In this document: positions 20,324-28,436 of the stretch, one piece after another
How the letters are laid out: each line of letters opens with the position of its first letter
Position numbering within the stretch: position 1 is the stretch's first letter
Assembly (NCBI GenBank): GCA_049325415.1
Contig: JBMOLL010000040.1
Span: forward strand, 11,859-75,858
Origin: Bacteroidota bacterium
GTDB taxonomy: Bacteria; Bacteroidota; Bacteroidia; Bacteroidales; GCA-2748055
Length of the DNA: 64,000 nucleotides
Direction: 5' to 3'
Notes under the pieces: model-generated
Databases searched by the model: none
What the model was told of the DNA's origin: nothing
The model's input: only the letters and a program-made list of their open reading frames with translations
Position numbers and translations under genes: made by a program

Positions 20324-20372
20324 GAGACGCGAGATGCGAAATACGAGACGCGAGACGCGAGATGCGAAACGC
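20324..20372. repeat. Heptanucleotide tandem array (GAGAYGC-type), 7 units
   Basis: Read directly: gagacgc gagatgc gaaatac gagacgc gagacgc gagatgc gaaacgc. Confidence 0.95.
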
Positions 20373-20379
20373 GGGAAGA

Positions 20380-20512
20380 GTGAGGAGTGTGGGGTGAGGA
20401 GTGAGAAGTGAGAAGTGAGAAGTGAGAAGTGAGAAGTGAGGAGTGAGGAGTGAGAAGTGAGAAGTGAGGAGTGAGAAGTGAGAAGTGAGAAGTGAGGAGT
20501 GACGAGTGATGA
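20380..20512. repeat. Heptanucleotide tandem array (GTGAGRA), 19 units, ~86% purine on the plus strand
   Basis: Read directly, in unbroken 7-nt register: gtgagga gtgtggg gtgagga (gtgagaa)x5 (gtgagga)x2 (gtgagaa)x2 gtgagga (gtgagaa)x3 gtgagga gtgacga gtgatga. Confidence 0.95.
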
Positions 20513-20571
20513 GAGAGGCGGGTTATCCCGAAAAACAACAAATCTTTATTTGGTAGTTTTTCGAGGTTCCT

Positions 20572-20606
20572 CGGGTTTCTGATAAAGCGCAGCTTTAGGA
20601 AACCCG
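20572..20606. other. Two-tier perfect hairpin between the heptamer arrays
   Basis: CGGGTTTC-tga-TAAAGC-gca-GCTTTA-g-GAAACCCG (8-bp outer plus 6-bp inner stem). There is no adjacent T-run on either strand, so it is not a canonical terminator. Confidence 0.6.
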
Positions 20607-20640
20607 GGACGGGTCGCGGGTGACGCGAGACGCGAGACGC
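20606..20640. repeat. Short second GAGACGC-type heptamer array (about 5 units, 2 degenerate)
   Basis: gggacgg gtcgcgg gtgacgc gagacgc gagacgc. Confidence 0.85.
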
Positions 20641-20646
20641 GGGGGG

Positions 20647-20837
20647 CGGGTTATGAGTGAGATTCCTGAGTGGTCCCTGAGCCAGTCGAAGGGCCAGCTA
20701 TCGGTAAATTGTAAAGGCCCTCCTTCGCTAAGTCCTTCGCCAAAGGCTTCGGCCGTCGGCGAATGCTTCGGAGGACGGAGGTTACGGGTTATCTCCTGAG
20801 CGGTCCCTGTCCCGATAGCCATCGGGATCGAAGGGCC
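20647..20837. repeat. Two diverged copies of a ~50-bp extragenic unit (CGGGTTAT...TCCTGAGYGGTCCCTG...CGAAGGGCC) with internal hairpins
   Basis: Copies at 20647-20695 and 20785-20837. The second carries the hairpin TCCCGAT-agcc-ATCGGGA (20810-20827). Between them lies CCTTCGCCAAAGGCTTCGG (20734-20752), which recurs inverted at 39341-39359 (18/19). Confidence 0.8.
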
Positions 20838-20914
20838 TGCCATCAGTAAATAGTAATGTGGAGAGGAAGTAACACGGGTCTCTAATAAGCTTTGATTAAG
20901 CAGTTGATACACTC

Positions 20915-20962
20915 AACCTCAATCTTAACCTCAACCTTAACCTCAACCTTAACCTCAATTAC
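20915..20962. repeat. Hexamer/dodecamer tandem repeat (AACCTC AACCTT)x4, ending 4 nt from the fabI stop codon
   Basis: aacctc aatctt aacctc aacctt aacctc aacctt aacctc aattac. Confidence 0.9.
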
Positions 20963-20966
20963 TCTT

Positions 20967-21797
20967 TTACTTGCATTCCTCGAAACTCTTCTCGTACTGC
21001 TGGATAGCGCGCAGGCTCATGCCCATGCTGGAAAATCCTCCGTCATGGTAGAGATTCTGCATGGTCACCTTGCGGGTCAGGTCGGAGAAAAGAGTGATAC
21101 AGTAATCGGCACAGTCGGCTGCAGAGGCATTTCCCAGTGGCGACATCCGTTCCGAAAAGTCTTCCAGCTTATCAAAGCCCTTGATACCGCTTCCTGCGGT
21201 GGTAAGCGTCGGTGACTGGGAAACGGTATTAATGCGGATCCTTTTCTCCCTCCCATAGATATAACCGAAGCTCCGGGCAATGGATTCAAGAATGGCCTTG
21301 GCATCCGCCATATCGTTATAACCCACAAAGGTACGCTGGGCCGCCACATAGGACAGGGCCACCACCGAACCCCATTCGCTGATCGCATCCAGCCTTCGGG
21401 CCGTGCTCAGCACTTTATGCAGGGAAAAGGCTGAAATATCAAGTGTCTTGTGATAGTATTCGTAATTCAGTTCATCATAGGAAATGCCTTTTCTGACATT
21501 TGGCGACATCCCGATGGAATGGAGCACAAAATCGATCTTTCCGCCCAGAATTTCCATGGATTTGGTAAAGAGGTTTTCCAGATCTTCCAGAGATGTGGCA
21601 TCGGCGGTAATCACCTGCGAATGGCATTTCTTTGCCAGTTCGTTGATTTCGCCCATCCTGACTGCCACAGGGGCATTGGTCAGCACGAATTCGGCACCTT
21701 CTTCCCAGGCTCTTTCAGCCACTTTCCACGCGATCGACTGCTCATTGAGTGCGCCGAAAATAATTCCTTTCTTTCCTTTTAACAGATTATAGCTCAT
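20967..21797 (-). CDS. fabI: Enoyl-[acyl-carrier-protein] reductase (NADH), FabI
   Basis: 276 aa. N-terminal LLKGKKGIIFGALNEQSIAW (a FabI-type Rossmann start). SDR fold with a SYVAAQR...Y..MADAK catalytic region. Confidence 0.9.
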   Translation of the reverse strand: MSYNLLKGKKGIIFGALNEQSIAWKVAERAWEEGAEFVLTNAPVAVRMGEINELAKKCHSQVITADATSLEDLENLFTKSMEILGGKIDFVLHSIGMSPNVRKGISYDELNYEYYHKTLDISAFSLHKVLSTARRLDAISEWGSVVALSYVAAQRTFVGYNDMADAKAILESIARSFGYIYGREKRIRINTVSQSPTLTTAGSGIKGFDKLEDFSERMSPLGNASAADCADYCITLFSDLTRKVTMQNLYHDGGFSSMGMSLRAIQQYEKSFEECK

Positions 21798-21880
21798 CAG
21801 ATCAGTATTAAATAATAAATAATTGATTCATGCAATTAACAATTAAAACAGGAGTTTGTGCGATAAAGATGGATCACAGA

Positions 21881-23542
21881 TCAGTTTTGCTTGATTTTCA
21901 GCAGTTCGCGGGCATTGGAAAGTGCGGCATCGGTGATCTTCTCCCCCGAAACCATTTTGGCGATCTCCACCACTCTCTCTTCCCCGCTGAGTTTCCTGAT
22001 CCGGGTGTGAGTGGCATTGTCGCTGTCTTCCTTGAATACCAGGTAATGGTCGGCTCCCTTTGCCGCAACCTGCGGCAGATGGGTGATCGCGATAAGTTGC
22101 CGTCCGCCGGCCATGCGCTGCATGATCTGGCCAACCTTATCGGCAATTTCCCCGCTGACGCCCGTATCGATTTCGTCGAGGATCAGGGTGGGCAGACCGG
22201 TGAAATCGGAGAGCAGTGATTTCAGTGAAAGCATCAGGCGGGATATTTCACCGCCGGAGGCAACATTGCCGATCTCTTCCAGTTCCGACTGCTTATTAGC
22301 TGAAAATAAGAACCTTACCTGGTCGCTGCCATAGGGATCAAAAATACCGGTATGATCCACCCGTACCTCAAAGCGGGCATTCGGGATGCCCAGCTGACGG
22401 AGCAGGGCCGCCACCTCCTTTTCAACCGTTTTACCGGCCTCCGTGCGCTTTTTGTGCATCGAAGCGGCCAGGCTGCCCATGCCTGATAGCAGTCCGGCAA
22501 TCTCTTTTTCCAGCCGTGCTGTTTTCTCATCCGACAGGGTGATGTCGCTTATGCGGCGGTCGAGCTCGTCCCTCAGGGCAATCAGCTCTTCCACCGTCTT
22601 CAGACGGTGTTTTTGCAGCAGCCTGTATAACAGGTCGATACGCTGTCGGACAATCTCCTGCCTTTCGGGCGAGAACTCCACCTTTCCGGCCAGGAGTTCC
22701 ATTTCCGTGGCGGCATCCTTGATATCGATCATAGCCGCTTCAAGTCGTTCAGCCAGCGCCCTGGCCGGATGATAATAGGCCAGGATCTTCTGGAGACGGA
22801 TATGTGTGTCTTTGAGCTGTCTGACCGTACCGGTTTCATCACCGTTCAGCGTCGCGGCTGATTCGCCCAGTGCCTGGCTGATTTCCCCGGCATGTCCGAG
22901 TACCTCGGCTTCCTCTTCCAGTTCTTCCATCTCGCCTTCCCTGAGCCTGGCGTCCTTCAGTTCGGTAAACTGGAACTCCAGGAACTCCAGTTCCTTGCGC
23001 GCACTTTCAAGCGAGGCCCTGAATGTCTCCAGTTCGGCGCTCTTTACCCTGTATTCCCCGTATATGGAACGGTATTCGGCCAGTTCGCTCCCGAGGCGCC
23101 CCACAAAATCGACCACCTCCATCTGGTAGACATGATCGTTCAGGCGGAGGTTCTGGTGCTGGGAATGGATGTCGACCAGTTGTGTCCCAAGCTCCTTCAT
23201 CTGGTTCAGGTTCACCGGCGTATCATTGATAAAGGCCCTCGACTTGCCGTTGGGTGTGATTTCCCGTCGCATGATGGTGACCGGCTGGAAATCGAGGTCG
23301 TTTTCCTCGAAAAATGTCCGGAAAGCCTGTCCCAGCCTGAAGGTACCCTCGACTGAACATTTCTCGTCAAGCTGTTTGAGTACCGTGGTATCGGCGCGCT
23401 GACCGAGGATCAGCGACAGTGCCCCCAGCAGGATGGATTTTCCCGCGCCGGTTTCCCCGGTAATCGTGGAGAATCCGTCGGAAAAACTGATCTCCAGTTC
23501 TTCGATCAATGCATAATTCCGGATATGGAGATGTTCGATCAT
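21881..23542 (-). CDS. recN: DNA repair protein RecN
   Basis: 553 aa. N-terminus MIEHLHIRNYALIEELEISF...ITGETGAGKSILLGAL (Walker A), a long coiled-coil middle and a C-terminal SGGEISRLMLSLK...LILDEIDTGVSG. Confidence 0.95.
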   Translation of the reverse strand: MIEHLHIRNYALIEELEISFSDGFSTITGETGAGKSILLGALSLILGQRADTTVLKQLDEKCSVEGTFRLGQAFRTFFEENDLDFQPVTIMRREITPNGKSRAFINDTPVNLNQMKELGTQLVDIHSQHQNLRLNDHVYQMEVVDFVGRLGSELAEYRSIYGEYRVKSAELETFRASLESARKELEFLEFQFTELKDARLREGEMEELEEEAEVLGHAGEISQALGESAATLNGDETGTVRQLKDTHIRLQKILAYYHPARALAERLEAAMIDIKDAATEMELLAGKVEFSPERQEIVRQRIDLLYRLLQKHRLKTVEELIALRDELDRRISDITLSDEKTARLEKEIAGLLSGMGSLAASMHKKRTEAGKTVEKEVAALLRQLGIPNARFEVRVDHTGIFDPYGSDQVRFLFSANKQSELEEIGNVASGGEISRLMLSLKSLLSDFTGLPTLILDEIDTGVSGEIADKVGQIMQRMAGGRQLIAITHLPQVAAKGADHYLVFKEDSDNATHTRIRKLSGEERVVEIAKMVSGEKITDAALSNARELLKIKQN

Positions 23543-23546
23543 CCCT

Positions 23547-24467
23547 TTATTCGTTGGTCTGCTGCATGATGGCCTTGTACTTGCCGGCGTTGGTCTTGTC
23601 GATCTCGCTGAGCAGGTTGTACACCCGGCTCTTTTCTTCGGGGAAGCCTTCGGAAAAAATGTTGATTATTTCATCAGCCTTTGCATCCAGCACAATACGA
23701 AGCGGATACATGTAGTTATCCGGCCGGCCTCTGAAAACTTTCTGCAACAATTCGAGTGAGGAGGCAATTTCCGCACGTCCCTCGGCTACTTTGCTGTCCA
23801 TGAGATCGAGTCCCTGCCTGTGATAGCGATACGAGAACTCGCGGATGGGCGCATAGTCGGAGTCGAGGATATCCTTAACCAGCCAGTAGCGGTTTTTATG
23901 GGAGATATCATCGATGGGTTTCCAGCCTTTATCATTGCCGTTCTGGGCATTGACCACAATTTTTTCTGCATTCTGAAAAAATGCCGTTCCTCCCTCAAAG
24001 GAAAACGAGTCGTAATCGAGCCCCAGGATATAATATGCATAGAAGGCAAGAATACTGGTAAGGTTGGAGGTAAAGGAATTCAGGTCGAATTCAAGGGGCT
24101 GGAATTCAATATAGCGAAACTGGATATCGTTATCGATAAAATTAAACATTACCGTATTGTAATTGGAGTTGAATACCGGCCTTCTCGACTGTACCTGCAG
24201 GGTTCCCCTGAACTCGTCGGCCGAAAGCTGTTCGGTCATATTGAACATCAGGTTGCATTCGATCCGCTCTTCCGGGGCATAGACATGATCGGTCCAGACC
24301 ATGTTGTTCATAAACTCGTAAATGGCATTCTGAAGGGTCTGAAAGACCTGTTTATTGGAGCCCTGGATCTGCTGACTGACGATCTGTACGTTACATTTCA
24401 GCTCCTGTGCAGCGGCCGGAATAAGCAGCGCCAGGAGAACAGCAGAAAGGAGGATGAATTTACGCAT
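23547..24467 (-). CDS. DUF4835-family protein (PorD-like, T9SS-associated)
   Basis: Signal peptide MRKFILLSAVLLALLIPAAAQ followed by ELKCNVQIVSQQIQGSNKQVFQTLQNAIYEFMN, as in DUF4835 proteins. Start chosen at M13 of the tracked ORF. The PorD equivalence is from memory. Confidence 0.7.
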   Translation of the reverse strand: MRKFILLSAVLLALLIPAAAQELKCNVQIVSQQIQGSNKQVFQTLQNAIYEFMNNMVWTDHVYAPEERIECNLMFNMTEQLSADEFRGTLQVQSRRPVFNSNYNTVMFNFIDNDIQFRYIEFQPLEFDLNSFTSNLTSILAFYAYYILGLDYDSFSFEGGTAFFQNAEKIVVNAQNGNDKGWKPIDDISHKNRYWLVKDILDSDYAPIREFSYRYHRQGLDLMDSKVAEGRAEIASSLELLQKVFRGRPDNYMYPLRIVLDAKADEIINIFSEGFPEEKSRVYNLLSEIDKTNAGKYKAIMQQTNE

Positions 24468-25679
24468 GTCCCGAAATTTTATAAGTTTTTTCCAGTATAT
24501 CAAGGGCCACCTCCTGCTTGGTTTTCAATTCAAAGGTATCAATTGTACCCGATTTATCCACCATCTTCACGCGGTTGGTATCTGTTCCGAAACCAGCCCC
24601 TTCATCCCGGAGAGAGTTCAGCACAATGAAATCCAGGTTCTTGCGCTGCAGTTTCCCGATGGCAGAGTTCAGCTCATCGGTGGTTTCCAGGGCAAAACCG
24701 ATGAAAACCTGACCTTCTTTCTTTCTTTTTCCCATTTCTCCGGCGATGTCCCGGGTTGGCTTCAGCACGAGATTCCAATCGCCGCTGCCCCGCTTGACCT
24801 TTTCCCCAGCCTGCTCTGCAGGAGTGAAATCGGCCACCGCCGCGCAAAAGACAACAATATCGGATTCACCGACCCTGTCGGAACAGGCAGTAAACATGGC
24901 TTCGGCAGTATCGGCCCTTTGCACAATAACGTCGGGGTGACGGGGTTTTATTGTAACCGGTCCGCTGATGATGGTTACCTCTGCACCCTCATCGGCAAAG
25001 GCATCAGCAATGGCATAGCCCATTTTTCCCGACGAATGGTTCCCAATAAAGCGCACTGGATCAATCGGTTCGTAGGTGGGACCGGCGGTAACAAGGACTT
25101 TTTTATTCAGGAATTTTTTTTTTTGCCTGAGGATGAACCCGGAAAATCCTTCAGGAAGGCAAGTATCTTTTCCGGATCGGGCATTCTCCCCTTCCCTTCC
25201 AGCCCGGAGGCCAGTTCCCCGCTTTCCGGCTCAATGACCGTATTGCCGTAGGACCTGAGTATCCGTATGTTTTCCTGAGTGGCCGGGTGGGCATACATAT
25301 CCATGTCCATAGCCGGCGAAAGCACCACCGGGCAACGCGCCGACAGATAAGTGGTTACCAGCAGGTTATCGGCTATTCCCCGGGCCATTTTACCCAGAGT
25401 GGTAGCCGTAACCGGTGCCACCAGCATCAGATCGGCGCTGACGCCCATATCGACATGGCTGTTCCAAGCTCCGCTGTCTTTTTCAAAAAAACCTGACAAC
25501 ACAGGCTTTCCCGAAAGAGCGGCAAAGGTAACCGGGGTAATGAATTCAAGGGCAGTGGGCGTCATAATCACCTGTACATCAGCACCTTCTTTTACAAGCA
25601 GACGCAGCAAATGCACAGCCTTATAGGCAGCAATACTTCCTGTAACACCCAGCAGTATTTTTTTTCCGCTCAGATCCAT
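24460..25679 (-). pseudogene. coaBC: coaBC (phosphopantothenoylcysteine decarboxylase / phosphopantothenate-cysteine ligase) split into two frames at an A11 run
   Basis: ORF 25107-25679 is the CoaC flavoprotein domain (KILLGVTGSIAAYK). The frame of ORF 24460-25056 extends upstream as FLNKKVLVTAGPTYEPIDPVRFIGNHSSGKMG (the CoaB N-terminal motif) with no start codon. The two frames meet in poly-T 25114-25124 (poly-A on the coding strand). Confidence 0.9.
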
Positions 25680-25693
25680 CAGGATGCAGAGGT

Positions 25694-26026
25694 TTATTCT
25701 TCGATTTCAGGGGTTTCGTTTATCCTGAAATAGATTTCTTCTTCATCAAGTTCCTGGAGTGCAATAAGGGTCGGTTTAGGCAGTCTTTCGAAAAAACGGG
25801 AGATCTCGATCTGCTCCGGATTCTCAAAAACTTCCTCCAGGTTATCGGTATACGAGGCAAACTCTTCAAGCTTCCTGTTCAGCTCCTGTTTAAGCTCAAC
25901 ACTGATCTGGTTGGCACGGCGGGAAACCACCATCACCGACTCGTAAATATTATCCGTCTGCCGGTCAAGATCATTCAGATTACGGGTTACGGTAGTAACC
26001 GAAGCTTTGGTTTTCTTATAATCCAT
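25694..26026 (-). CDS. rpoZ: Probable RNA polymerase omega subunit (Bacteroidetes type)
   Basis: 110 aa, acidic C-terminus, NIYESVMVVSRRANQI core. The position between bamD and coaBC is conserved in Bacteroidetes (from memory). Confidence 0.65.
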   Translation of the reverse strand: MDYKKTKASVTTVTRNLNDLDRQTDNIYESVMVVSRRANQISVELKQELNRKLEEFASYTDNLEEVFENPEQIEISRFFERLPKPTLIALQELDEEEIYFRINETPEIEE

Positions 26027-26840
26027 CTATTTTACTGGTTTGTTGATTTTCAAGTACTTTCATAGAAGCGTCATACATTTTCTGCGCTTCTTTCCGGAAA
26101 TCGCTTTCCGGAAATTCCGACTGAAAAGAGTAATATTCATCCACCGTCGACTGGAAGCGCTCCATGCGTTTGCTGGGGATGGACCCGTCGGCGAGCAGGT
26201 AACTCGATTTCAGGATCAGGAACATCATCTCTTCCCGGTGTTTGGTGTCGGGATACTCGGCCAGGCTGTTACGCAGGGCAATAATGGCCGATTTGTAATA
26301 CCCAAGGTCAAAATACAGACGGGCACTGATAAACGATTTTTCCACCAGCTTGTCGCTGAGTTCGGTAATCAGTTCCTTGCAGGTGGCCACCTTATCGGAG
26401 CCGGGATGTTTCAGCATGAACATCTGAAGCATTGAAATGGCCTTATAGGTATTATCCTGGTCGAGTTCGGGCCGGGGAGACATTTTATAATAGCAGTAGG
26501 CCGACATGAAATCCGCCTCATCCACATATACCGAGCTCGGGTAGGTGGAGGAGAGTTCGGTGAAATAGTGTCCGGCCATCATGTAATCGCGCTGGCCGTA
26601 ATAGCTTTTTGCCTGGAAATACTTAACGGTATCTGCTTTAATGGTACCCCTGTAAATGGTAACCACCTGGTCGAACAGCGTGGCGGCCTTTACAAACTCC
26701 CCTTCATCGTAATAGGTTTTGGCTTTTTCATATTTCAGGGCATAATCCCTGCTTTTGAGTAGTTTTTCATACTCACCGCAACCCGCCACCAGCATGAAGA
26801 GGGCAGGAACAAACCAGATCCACTTGAATTTTCCAAACAT
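26016..26840 (-). CDS. bamD: Outer membrane protein assembly factor BamD (YfiO-like TPR lipoprotein)
   Basis: 274 aa. Lipobox MLVAGC and TPR-like helices (YEKAKTYYDEGEFVKAATLFDQV...). Typical BamD size and context. Confidence 0.85.
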   Translation of the reverse strand: MFGKFKWIWFVPALFMLVAGCGEYEKLLKSRDYALKYEKAKTYYDEGEFVKAATLFDQVVTIYRGTIKADTVKYFQAKSYYGQRDYMMAGHYFTELSSTYPSSVYVDEADFMSAYCYYKMSPRPELDQDNTYKAISMLQMFMLKHPGSDKVATCKELITELSDKLVEKSFISARLYFDLGYYKSAIIALRNSLAEYPDTKHREEMMFLILKSSYLLADGSIPSKRMERFQSTVDEYYSFQSEFPESDFRKEAQKMYDASMKVLENQQTSKIDGL

Positions 26841-27017
26841 CGCGCAAAAATAGTATAAACGATTGATATTTTAAAATAAATCTAACTGCTCTGTAATAAA
26901 TATTTAACAGCCGGCAAAAGTCGTGCCACTCGGTCCGGTGAATGAAAAACCGGGGATATTTTTTTTATGCCGCCGGACTGCCAGATATAACGGGGTTTCA
27001 TATCGAATTATTTCAAT

Positions 27018-27049
27018 ATTTGGCGGCAATCTAAAAAAGAGTAAATTTG
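27018..27049 (+). promoter_or_regulatory. Bacteroidetes-type promoter for the alpha-oxoamine synthase gene
   Basis: TTTG (27018-27021), a 20-nt spacer, then TAAATTTG (27042-27049), 34 nt upstream of the GTG start. Confidence 0.55.
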
Positions 27050-27082
27050 CGCCATTATTAACCCTTTAAAAATTTAACATCC

Positions 27083-28342
27083 GTGGACATTTTTGAAAGA
27101 ATTACCAAGAACAGGGGTCCGATTGGACAGTACCAAAAAGACGGACATGGATATTTTGCATTTCCCAAGCTGGAAGGAGAAATAGCAGCCCACATGACCT
27201 TCCGGGGTAAAGAGGTTCTGACCTGGAGCCTTAACAACTACCTTGGGCTCGCCAATCATCCCGAAGTGAGGAAGGCTGACGCAGAAGCTGCTGCAAAGTA
27301 TGGAATGGCTTACCCTATGGGAGCCCGTATGATGTCGGGACAGACATCGAAGCACGAGGAACTTGAGCAGAAGCTCGCCGCATTCGTAGGCAAAGAAGAT
27401 GCATTTTTGCTGAACTACGGATACCAGGGAATGGCCTCGATCATCGACGCCGTGACCTCCAGGAATGATGTGATCGTTTACGACTCCGAATCACACGCAT
27501 GTATTCTTGATGGTATGAGAATGTCGTTCGCCAAACGTTTTGTGTTCCCGCACAACAACATGGAGAACCTCGAAAAACAGCTCGAAAGGGCCAGCAAACT
27601 GGCTGAAAAACAGAATGGTGGTGTACTTGTAATTACCGAGGGCGTATTCGGTATGGCCGGCGACCTTGGCAACCTCAAAGCCATCGCAGCATTAAAATCC
27701 AGATTTTCCTTCCGCCTGCTGGTGGATGATGCCCACGGTTTCGGCACAATGGGCAAGACCGGTCGCGGAACCGGGGAACATTACGGTGTCCTCGATCAGA
27801 TCGATCTTTATTTCGGCACCTTTGCCAAAGCCATGGCCGGTATCGGCGGTTTTGTCGCCAGCGAAAAAGAAGTTGTCGATTATCTGCGCTACAACATGAG
27901 GTCACAGACCTACGCCAAATCGCTCCCGATGCCCATGGTTATCGGAGCACTGAAACGTCTGGAACTGCTCCAGAACGATCCCAACCTGAGGGTCAAACTC
28001 TGGGATGTAGTGAACAACCTGCAGAAAGGTCTGAAAGAGGCCGGTTTCGATATCGGGAAAACCGAATCCATGGTTACCCCGGTTTATATGCATGGCGGTA
28101 TTGTTGAGGCCACCAACCTGATCGTCGACCTGAGGGAAAACTATGGCGTATTCTGCTCCATGGTGATCTATCCGGTGGTACCGAAAGGTGACATCCTCCT
28201 TCGCCTGATCCCCACAGCAACCCATACCCTGGATGACGTGAAGAAAACCATTGAAGCCTTCAAGGCCTGCCGCGAGAAACTCGAAAAAGGTGTATACAAC
28301 ACCGAGAGTTTCCCCAATCTGGCCAAGCTTATGGGCATGTAA
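27083..28342 (+). CDS. PLP-dependent alpha-oxoamine synthase family acyltransferase (BioF/Kbl/serine-palmitoyltransferase-like)
   Basis: 419 aa. NNYLGLANHPEV, DDAHGFG and the PLP-lysine context GTFAKAMAGIGGF. GTG start as tracked. Confidence 0.85.
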   Translation: MDIFERITKNRGPIGQYQKDGHGYFAFPKLEGEIAAHMTFRGKEVLTWSLNNYLGLANHPEVRKADAEAAAKYGMAYPMGARMMSGQTSKHEELEQKLAAFVGKEDAFLLNYGYQGMASIIDAVTSRNDVIVYDSESHACILDGMRMSFAKRFVFPHNNMENLEKQLERASKLAEKQNGGVLVITEGVFGMAGDLGNLKAIAALKSRFSFRLLVDDAHGFGTMGKTGRGTGEHYGVLDQIDLYFGTFAKAMAGIGGFVASEKEVVDYLRYNMRSQTYAKSLPMPMVIGALKRLELLQNDPNLRVKLWDVVNNLQKGLKEAGFDIGKTESMVTPVYMHGGIVEATNLIVDLRENYGVFCSMVIYPVVPKGDILLRLIPTATHTLDDVKKTIEAFKACREKLEKGVYNTESFPNLAKLMGM

Positions 28343-28358
28343 TCCATTAGTTAAGGTG

Positions 28359-28399
28359 AAAAAAAAGAGGCTGCGCTGTAAGTGCAGCTTCTTTTTTTT
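28359..28399. terminator. Bidirectional rho-independent terminator between the convergent alpha-oxoamine synthase gene and acr3
   Basis: A8 - GAGGCTGC - gctgtaagt - GCAGCTTC - T8. Confidence 0.8.
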
Positions 28400-28436
28400 G
28401 TCAGAAGCGACCATTGAACCGAAAGACCTGCCCGGA

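Noticed and set aside
20324-20512. Possibility that the tandem arrays are a CRISPR array or a telomere-like tract (GGGTTAC units at 39399-39419)
   Set aside because: The units are 7 nt with no unique spacers, and there are no cas genes. The GGGTTAC block has only 3 units, inside a circular-type bacterial gene context.
20281-20541. 86-aa ORF (..[20 protein letters not shown]..) through the heptamer arrays. Likewise ORFs 20595-20912, 20892-21215, 38852-39241, 42868-43128 and 42986-43222
   Set aside because: The open frames are a by-product of stop-free 7-nt repeats and GC hairpin modules. The peptides are pure repeat echoes. I treat them as non-coding, and proteomics would be needed to overturn that.
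26935-26966. Small hairpin CCGGT-n9-ACCGG followed by T8 in the bamD / oxoamine-synthase divergent region (possible orphan terminator or sRNA 3' end)
   Set aside because: The stem is only 5 bp and no upstream plus-strand transcription unit is visible. The evidence is too weak to call a feature.
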